Both the position numbers and the translations under genes were made by a program. A stretch of 64,000 bases of DNA from a virus (Duplodnaviria; Caudoviricetes): the IMG/VR virus record IMGVR_UViG_3300021400_000063. One strand, given 5' to 3'. Below, piece by piece: positions 8,647 to 15,827 of this stretch (positions within the stretch are counted from its first letter, which is position 1; the number at the start of each line of letters is the position of its first letter). Below the pieces are notes generated by a model that saw only the letters and a list, made by a program, of their open reading frames with translations, ran no database searches and was not told where the DNA came from.

Positions 8647-9318
8647 ATGACAATTAAGGAATACAATGAAGATGGTTCAGTATCAACTGAATTCAACGGA
8701 TCTCAGTATGAGTATGAACGTTGGCTTGAAAAAAGAGAGAAAGAAAAGGAATCTTCTTTTACAACCACTGTAAAAAGACCAAAGGTTGTTATTCAGGAAA
8801 ATGTTGAGAAAGTAACAAAATATGATGTTAAAAATGTTGTATTTTCAAAAGATGATGTGAAAGAAGCTTTCAAAAACAATCCTGAAAAATTACAGGAAAT
8901 CTTGAAAAATAAGCTTGAAGAAGGTGGAATTTCGAAGATGGATTATGATATTCCGATTACAGAAATCAAAGAAATCTTTAAGAAGAATCCTGAAAAATTG
9001 CAGGAAATTCTTGAAGCCGATATTTGTAACTATGGTAGATTCTATACAAAATTTACAGAAAAAGATATCAAAGATATTTTCCATGATGATCCAAACCGTT
9101 TACAGAAAGCAATTGAAACTATAAATGAAACACGTAGATTGGAAGCTGAAACTGAAAAAATGAGAGTCGCTTCAAATAGATCTATCATTAAAGGCATTTC
9201 AATTGGTGTTGGTGTAGGATTAGCAAGTATTGGTATTGGATGTACCATTTATGGTCTTGTTAAGAGAGACGTTATTCCATCTCCTAAAGAAGCTTGGTTA
9301 AAAGGAAAGAATTCCTAA
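8647..9318 (+). CDS. Membrane-anchored protein with three internal repeats
   Basis: Repeats VKEAFKNNPEKLQEIL / IKEIFKKNPEKLQEIL / IKDIFHDDPNRLQKAI; C-terminal Gly-rich hydrophobic helix; AGGAGG SD; terminator 9341-9369. Confidence 0.75.
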   Translation: MTIKEYNEDGSVSTEFNGSQYEYERWLEKREKEKESSFTTTVKRPKVVIQENVEKVTKYDVKNVVFSKDDVKEAFKNNPEKLQEILKNKLEEGGISKMDYDIPITEIKEIFKKNPEKLQEILEADICNYGRFYTKFTEKDIKDIFHDDPNRLQKAIETINETRRLEAETEKMRVASNRSIIKGISIGVGVGLASIGIGCTIYGLVKRDVIPSPKEAWLKGKNS

Positions 9319-9467
9319 ATCAAGTTTTATTAGTAGCATAAAAGAAGGAGTTAAACTCCTTCTTTTTTTTATTTTTTTATTTACAGAGTTACAAACAAAT
9401 ATATTTATTTTCTTGTAAAATATCTTTAATTATATATTTTTCTTTTAACAAATAGGAGAATCTGCGT

Positions 9468-11435
9468 ATGGTAAATGAAGTTAAGAAACTCGTAGATGAA
9501 CTAAACGGTTATAGAATGAAATATTATAATGGTGAAGATACAGGTGTGACTGATGAGGAATTCGATTTTAAAGAAAGAAGATTAAAAGAATTGGATCCGA
9601 ATAACCAGTATTTTTATCAAGTTGGAGCGAAGACACAGACTAGAGATATTCCTGTCGAACATGAATATCCAATGCTATCCATGCAAAAAGAACAAACCGC
9701 TGAAGCTGTAGTAGATTGGTTTTTCGATATACAACAGAAATTTCCAAATCTTTATTTTGAAGATGGTATACCTTCATTATGGTATGAACCTAAGTTTGAT
9801 GGTATTTCTGGAAAAATCGTTTACGATCAAGATGGAAATTATAAATTAGCTTCAACACGTGGTGATGGAACTGTTGGTGCTCTTATACCATTTGGAATAA
9901 AGATTAAAGGAGTTATTCCTAAATATATTCCGAATTCAGAACTTCGTGGGGAATTTATAATTCCTAAACGATATGCTAGAGAATTCAGTGGACCGCTTAG
10001 AAATAGTTGTTCTGGTATTTTGAAAAGAAAAGAAGAATCAGATGAATTGAAATATGTTAACTTTGTAACATACGATGTTCATTATTATGATAATACTTAT
10101 CGACCAAATTTTAAAAATAGGTTAGATAAATTATTATCAATTATTAAAGTTTCTCAAGATTTAAATCATTTTGAACCCATTATGATTCTTCCGAAGAAAA
10201 CAGTTAATATTCCACAAGTTTATCAAGACTATGTTCAGAATCTTAGAGAAAAGTGGGAATATGAAACTGATGGAATTATCTTGACTATTGATGGTGGTCA
10301 GGATAATTATGATATGATAAATTCTAGATATTCTATTACAACTTGTAATAGATATAATATGGCTCTTAAACCGCCAGCAGAATTTGGTTCATCAGAAGTT
10401 ATTAATATCCATTCATCTGTAAATAGAATGAAAATTTCATTTGTTGCACAAATTAAACCTATTTACATTAATGGTGTATTAGTACAAAGAGCAACATTGG
10501 ATAATTATCAGAATATGAAACGAATGAAAATAGGAATAGGATCAACTGTTCTAATGAAACGTTCAAATGATGTTATTCCAAAAATAGTCGAATCGTATAA
10601 TGAAGAAGGTAAAGAAATTAAATTTATTGATATCGATAAATGTCCTTGTTGTGGAACCCCAGTTGTAAAAGTTTATCAAGATATCATGTGTCCTAATGAA
10701 TATGGATGTAAAGATATCTATGCATCTAAATTGGAAGATTTCTTAACAGGATTGAATGTTAAGAATATAGGTCCTTCTATAATAAACGGAATAGTAGATT
10801 ATATTCGTTACAAAGAATGGCCTTATACATTCTTCAGCTTCTTAAAGATGATGAATCTTATAGATTATAAACTTGAATTTGGAATGATGCATTTTAATGG
10901 CGGTAAACGAACTGTAAATTTTATTGATTCTGCTGATTATATTTTCAAGAATATGACAGAATTAAAACTATTAGCCAATTTTAATATTCCTTACATTGGT
11001 GAAGGAATGTTGATAAAAGCCGGATTAACAACTGTTGAAAAATTCTTGAAATATAAAGAAGAACTTGATAAGAAAATAGTTATAGAAGATGTTTTCGATT
11101 CAAGACTTGTCGCTTGGTTTAAAGATAAACGACATATTGAAGATTTGATACAGTGTTATGAACTTCTCAAGCCATATTTCAAAGAGGTTAAAGAAAATAC
11201 TGGTACAGAAATAACTTATTGTATTTCTGGAGAAGTTCCAGGATTTAAGAATAAACAGGAATTTATTAATAAGGTTTCCGAATTAAATTCAAACTTAACA
11301 TTTGTTTCTTCAGTGACATCATCTTTAGATTATTTAGTTTCAGTTGAAACTGGTACATCTAAAGTGTTGAAAGCTAAGAAATATAAAATTCCAGTATTAA
11401 GTCCTGAAGAATTTATAGCAAAATTTACAAAATAA
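9468..11435 (+). CDS. ligA: NAD+-dependent DNA ligase
   Basis: EPKFDGIS adenylation motif, TRGDG, ELRGE, ETDGII, Zn finger CPCC...C....C, C-terminal BRCT-like domain. Confidence 0.95.
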   Translation: MVNEVKKLVDELNGYRMKYYNGEDTGVTDEEFDFKERRLKELDPNNQYFYQVGAKTQTRDIPVEHEYPMLSMQKEQTAEAVVDWFFDIQQKFPNLYFEDGIPSLWYEPKFDGISGKIVYDQDGNYKLASTRGDGTVGALIPFGIKIKGVIPKYIPNSELRGEFIIPKRYAREFSGPLRNSCSGILKRKEESDELKYVNFVTYDVHYYDNTYRPNFKNRLDKLLSIIKVSQDLNHFEPIMILPKKTVNIPQVYQDYVQNLREKWEYETDGIILTIDGGQDNYDMINSRYSITTCNRYNMALKPPAEFGSSEVINIHSSVNRMKISFVAQIKPIYINGVLVQRATLDNYQNMKRMKIGIGSTVLMKRSNDVIPKIVESYNEEGKEIKFIDIDKCPCCGTPVVKVYQDIMCPNEYGCKDIYASKLEDFLTGLNVKNIGPSIINGIVDYIRYKEWPYTFFSFLKMMNLIDYKLEFGMMHFNGGKRTVNFIDSADYIFKNMTELKLLANFNIPYIGEGMLIKAGLTTVEKFLKYKEELDKKIVIEDVFDSRLVAWFKDKRHIEDLIQCYELLKPYFKEVKENTGTEITYCISGEVPGFKNKQEFINKVSELNSNLTFVSSVTSSLDYLVSVETGTSKVLKAKKYKIPVLSPEEFIAKFTK

Positions 11436-11496
11436 ATGTTTCTGGTGGGTTCATTAAAAACCCACCATTAATCCATAAGGGAGGTTAAAAGTAAAA

Positions 11497-13035
11497 ATGG
11501 CTTCAGCGTTAGAACTTGTTTCCGGTTTTTCATCTAAGAATGATGGAATGTTTAATGATAAATTGATTGTGGAGATCCGTAAAAAAGACGAGATGACTAA
11601 ATATATTGATGATGCTTGTAAAGCAGTTTGTCAATTGATTCCTGAATACGTTAAATATTTAGGATATCATTATCAGGATTCTCGTGGTAAAATGTTGGAA
11701 CGTGATAAAGATGATGAAGGTTCATTAAAGACTGCTAACAAAAATGAAATCAGAATCAATATTAATGATACATTTGCTAAGGAAGCTATATTTGATTTTG
11801 AATGTTCATTTGGAGGTACAACGCTTCATCAGTCATTCTCAATGTGGATTCCATTATTGATTGATAACTCTCACTTCTACATAAGAGGAAACAAGTATTC
11901 TTGTCCACTTCAGATTATTGATGCTATTACATTTACTAAGAAAAATGTATTAGTATTAAAAACAATGACTCGTGCTATAAAGTTCGAACGTCAAAAAACT
12001 ATCATTACTGATATTTTTGGAAAGAAGTATAACACTTCCAAAATCATGATTTATGTTACTCGTAAATGTATTCCAGTTCTTATCTATTTCTTCGCATATT
12101 TCGGTTTTTATAGAACTTTGGAATATTTCGGAGTAGATAAATGGATTAAGTTATATTCATTAAGTGAAAATGAAAAAACTCCAGATTTATCAGCTTTTCC
12201 AACAAATCAATACATATTTAAATTTGGTCAGGTTTATATGGGTGTTGACAAGCAAGCATTTGATGAAAACAATGTATTCCGTACATTTGTAGCTACAATC
12301 CTTGCTTCTCAAAAACGTTCAATGGATATGGATTATATCCGAAATGTTACACGTTGGACAATGCTTTTAGGAGAAAGTATTTCTATTCAGAAGTCAATGG
12401 AAAAAGGAATTGCTCTTCTTAAAACATTTAACAATTCTCTCGATTATCATACTCGTGAGATTATAAGTCAGTTAGTTCCAGGTACAGATAGATCAAATAT
12501 CTATGCTGTGGCAAGATGGATCTTCTGTAATTATGCATCTCTTACATCTAAAGACGATGGTCTTCAGAATAAACGTTTACGTCTTGGTGAATATTTGATT
12601 TCTCCATTTACAGTAATGTTTACAGAAAAGATTTATCGTTTTATGAACACTCCTGACAAACTTAAAACTATGGATGGATTGTTGGATGTATTTAAAATTA
12701 AATCTTCATTGATTCTTAATGCTATTATTGGTAAGATTTCACATCAGGTAACTGGTTTGACTATTGCTAAATTCAGTAGCGAATGTAATGATGATGCTTT
12801 AACAAATACATTGTTGATGGTAACTAAAACTGGTCCTGGATCTCCTTCAGCTAAATCAAAACGAGTTTCTACAGCACTTCGTCAATTCCCAATTGACTAC
12901 ATTGGCGCAATTAACTTTATTGAAGGTCAGTCTGCTGGTGCTCCTGGTTTGAGTCATTTTATCTGTCCATGTAATCAAACATTTGATATGGATAAGATGA
13001 CATTTGAAATTGATCCTGTTCTTATTAAGAAATAA
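11497..13035 (+). CDS. Phage RNA polymerase beta subunit, N-terminal part (probably nvRNAP)
   Basis: IPLLIDNSHFYIRGNKY..LQI (beta FIING-like), LQNKRLRLGEY, GPGS, PGLS; ends mid-beta as in split phage RNAPs. Confidence 0.8.
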   Translation: MASALELVSGFSSKNDGMFNDKLIVEIRKKDEMTKYIDDACKAVCQLIPEYVKYLGYHYQDSRGKMLERDKDDEGSLKTANKNEIRININDTFAKEAIFDFECSFGGTTLHQSFSMWIPLLIDNSHFYIRGNKYSCPLQIIDAITFTKKNVLVLKTMTRAIKFERQKTIITDIFGKKYNTSKIMIYVTRKCIPVLIYFFAYFGFYRTLEYFGVDKWIKLYSLSENEKTPDLSAFPTNQYIFKFGQVYMGVDKQAFDENNVFRTFVATILASQKRSMDMDYIRNVTRWTMLLGESISIQKSMEKGIALLKTFNNSLDYHTREIISQLVPGTDRSNIYAVARWIFCNYASLTSKDDGLQNKRLRLGEYLISPFTVMFTEKIYRFMNTPDKLKTMDGLLDVFKIKSSLILNAIIGKISHQVTGLTIAKFSSECNDDALTNTLLMVTKTGPGSPSAKSKRVSTALRQFPIDYIGAINFIEGQSAGAPGLSHFICPCNQTFDMDKMTFEIDPVLIKK

Positions 13036-13051
13036 AAAAGGTGTGTATATC

Positions 13052-13417
13052 ATGAATAAAATAATTAAATTGTGTCATAAAATATTTAAAAGAACGTTAG
13101 GCATTTATTGTTTGGGTTCGGGAGAAAAGGTTGGAACTGTAATTAGTAAAGCTCTTATAAAAGATGTTTCTATTAATACAGTTGATGTCTTAGAAAATGG
13201 AAAATATTATTTCCATTCCCACATTGAAATCACTACAGTCGATGATCATGTGTATAAAGTAAATACTCATGAGAGTTATGTGAGATACATTCCGGATATT
13301 CCACATAAAATGGGACTGTTTAAATATAACAAATACATAATGAAATTAATAAAAAGTCCATTTTGTGATTATACACTTGAAAACAGATCAGATACTACAT
13401 TTGAGTCTAATTCTTAA
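13052..13417 (+). CDS. Hypothetical protein (start revised to MNKIIK)
   Basis: AAGGTG SD before ATG 13052. Confidence 0.6.
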   Translation: MNKIIKLCHKIFKRTLGIYCLGSGEKVGTVISKALIKDVSINTVDVLENGKYYFHSHIEITTVDDHVYKVNTHESYVRYIPDIPHKMGLFKYNKYIMKLIKSPFCDYTLENRSDTTFESNS

Positions 13418-13420
13418 ATA

Positions 13421-13455
13421 ATATACACTGGAGGAATGAATCCTCCAGTGTATTT
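13421..13455. terminator. Intrinsic terminator hairpin, possibly bidirectional
   Basis: tacactggagga/tcctccagtgta inverted repeat. Confidence 0.75.
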
Positions 13456-13489
13456 ATATTATTTTTTCATTTATATATTTTATTTATGT

Positions 13490-13648
13490 CTAAGAAGAAT
13501 CATAGGTTTACAACCTAGTAGGAGAGAGTCTTGACGCAAGTCCCCGAAAGGGGCAACAGGACATGTAAACCGGTCACGTGAGTGCTCGATTACTAGGTAA
13601 ATGCATAAAATCCGAATGCGTTTCTTATAATTCTGCTTCGATTTTTTT
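13490..13648 (+). ncRNA. Candidate novel pseudoknotted structured RNA
   Basis: GC-enriched island; two crossing 8-bp helices, three GNRA-capped hairpins, closing stem; TTATATATT motif at 13471 and T-run at 13642-13649. Confidence 0.7.
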
Positions 13649-15252
13649 TATACGATCAAATGTTCTATACTGTTTTGGATTTCTTTTTTGTATTTTCCAA
13701 CAAAAACTTCTTTACATAAATCATCAATAGGTTTTAATATTTTTTCTTCAGTATCATGACTAACACCATTAATACGATCATCAATTAATCTATTATAAGC
13801 TTTTGTAAATAGAGACTTACTATTAGATTTACGATTTTGATAAACCTGTTCACTTATAGCAGTTAATTGATCAATTTGTAATTGAATTTGTTTTTTCTGA
13901 TCAGTAGTTAAATGTGTATTAGTTTGAATTTCGTGTACAAGATCAGTATACATATTTTGTAATCTTTGTTTATTTGTACCGTGTACATCATATTCACAAG
14001 TTTCCAAATATGTCTTATAAATATGATATTTATCGTACATACTCATACCATTATTTTTTTCCAAATAATCATCGACTATCGATGATAAGAAACTGTATGT
14101 TTCCGGTCCAAATCCGTATGATGTAGCGAAGATATCTGCGAAAAATTCCCATCGTTTGAAGAATGTTACTTTGGCATAAGTTTTATTTGTGAATCTAGAT
14201 AATGTTAATAATCTAACTAATCTAGTATCCATATTATCAAATTTACGAACCATTCTTTCCCAGAATTCTTTAAATTTACCACCTACTGGTTCTAAGTTTT
14301 TACAATTCTCCAAATATATTTTCCACTCATCTTTATTATTTTTTTCTAGATCTTTAATAAATTTATTACGATCATTATCTTTATTGATGTATGTTAATAT
14401 TTGTGTTGCTTGACTATTTTGTAAACTAGATCTAGTTTTATCATCACCATCATCAATTTTCTCAAGCTGATCTTTCATTCGTAGTGCTGTATTTTTATGT
14501 GCTAAGTTATTAGATAACTTTGCTAATTTTGCACCCAAACCAGAAAGTAAACCGGATGTGAATAAATATTGTGGGAAACATAAATAAGTGAAAATTATAA
14601 ATAAAAATCTGAAACCTACAATCTTAGTTAATCCTTGAATAAATTTAGGCATACTGTTTCTAAACATTTCTACAGCATGAGCACTAGCTGTCATCATTTG
14701 TGAAAATGTTATATCGGCTACATCTTTATAAACTCCAAAAATACCATCTTGGAAACAATGACCTAATTCATGTGCTATTACACCAGCAATAATTTCAGGT
14801 TCACATTTTTGAATTAAACCTTTATTAAGTTTTACACATAAAAGTTTATTTTTACTATTACGGTATTTATAACCTTCAGATGTAACAATGATATCTTCAA
14901 TATCAGCAATTTTATCCAAGTCAATGTTTACATTACCATACTTATCTTTTACAGTTGTGTTTGCTCTTATAAATATAGGATAAGCTGCAGCGTTTAATGT
15001 GTCATCTGGAATTAATAAAAATTTTACACTTTCTGCGTTAATATCTAATTTAACAGCTTCACCAAAATCAATAAGTATTGAATTTATCTTTTTCATAAAT
15101 TCTCTATTTTTGAATTTAGTATCGTCTACATTTTGTATTAGTTCCTTTAACTTATTAGCATAATTAATGAGATCTTGAGATAATGGAGAATCTAAACCAA
15201 AATATGCTTCATTTGATTTTTCCAAACTAGGGAAAAAATTAAAAAAATCCAT
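13648..15252 (-). CDS. Zincin metallopeptidase (M48-like), probable virion protein
   Basis: VIAHELGHCF (HExxH), EFFADIFATSYGFG, HGTNKQRL; hydrophobic segment; late-type promoter; N-terminal SLE/SNE sites. Confidence 0.75.
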   Translation of the reverse strand: MDFFNFFPSLEKSNEAYFGLDSPLSQDLINYANKLKELIQNVDDTKFKNREFMKKINSILIDFGEAVKLDINAESVKFLLIPDDTLNAAAYPIFIRANTTVKDKYGNVNIDLDKIADIEDIIVTSEGYKYRNSKNKLLCVKLNKGLIQKCEPEIIAGVIAHELGHCFQDGIFGVYKDVADITFSQMMTASAHAVEMFRNSMPKFIQGLTKIVGFRFLFIIFTYLCFPQYLFTSGLLSGLGAKLAKLSNNLAHKNTALRMKDQLEKIDDGDDKTRSSLQNSQATQILTYINKDNDRNKFIKDLEKNNKDEWKIYLENCKNLEPVGGKFKEFWERMVRKFDNMDTRLVRLLTLSRFTNKTYAKVTFFKRWEFFADIFATSYGFGPETYSFLSSIVDDYLEKNNGMSMYDKYHIYKTYLETCEYDVHGTNKQRLQNMYTDLVHEIQTNTHLTTDQKKQIQLQIDQLTAISEQVYQNRKSNSKSLFTKAYNRLIDDRINGVSHDTEEKILKPIDDLCKEVFVGKYKKEIQNSIEHLIV

Positions 15253-15273
15253 AAAATTTCTCCTGTTTTAGTA

Positions 15274-15287
15274 TATATAATGATGTT
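15274..15287 (-). promoter_or_regulatory. Late-type promoter AACA-N6-TATA
   Basis: Minus strand reads AACA tcatta TATA upstream of the zincin gene. Confidence 0.6.
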
Positions 15288-15407
15288 TTTTGCTTTAATT
15301 TGTTAAATTGTGTAATATATTAAAATATATTAAATTTGCAGTATAAGGATATTAAAGTAATTTTAATTTATATACTTTTATAAAAATTTAAGTGGAGGAA
15401 TCCTATT

Positions 15408-15827
15408 ATGGACAACAATGTACAATTTATTGCATCCGATCCTATGAAAGGAGCAAGAAGACCTAAAACTACAGGTGTCAGAGTGGATTCTAATGGGGTT
15501 CCATTAGATATTATTGCAAAGCAAAAAGAGAATAAAAAGACCGCACCAGATGATATTACAAATGATCCAGCATTTATGGAAATGTTTGGACACGCTGGTC
15601 AAGAACAAAAGGATCCTTGGAAACAAGGTGGAGATGAAGACAATTGGTTTTCTGGTTCACCTAAACCTGTTAAATTACAACCAACTCAGCAGAATACACA
15701 ACCTACTACAGAACCTGTTGATATGGGTTCTAATGATATTACAAATGATCCAGAATTTGAAAAAATGTTTGGTAAATCGGAGGTGGTTAATAATGAGTCA
15801 GATTCTTCTGACTCTCACATGAAATGA
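15408..15827 (+). CDS. Low-complexity protein with duplicated DITNDPxFxxMFG motif
   Basis: GGAGG SD; DDITNDPAFMEMFG and NDITNDPEFEKMFG. Confidence 0.75.
   Translation: MDNNVQFIASDPMKGARRPKTTGVRVDSNGVPLDIIAKQKENKKTAPDDITNDPAFMEMFGHAGQEQKDPWKQGGDEDNWFSGSPKPVKLQPTQQNTQPTTEPVDMGSNDITNDPEFEKMFGKSEVVNNESDSSDSHMK

Noticed and set aside
13521-13562. GGAGAGA...CCGAAAGGGGCAA resembles a glycine riboswitch, and GAGAGAGUC resembles the RNase P conserved region
   Set aside because: No CUYUCAGG element and no downstream same-strand gene; no RNase P 3' conserved region and too short
13505-13598. Canonical HDV-like or theta ribozyme call
   Set aside because: Topology is similar but the P3/L3 consensus is absent and there is no adjacent tRNA; kept only as a hypothesis
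15793-15822. GGAGGT followed by a 9-codon ORF MSQILLTLT
   Set aside because: Lies inside a coding region where Glu-Val codons create the SD-like string; no independent support
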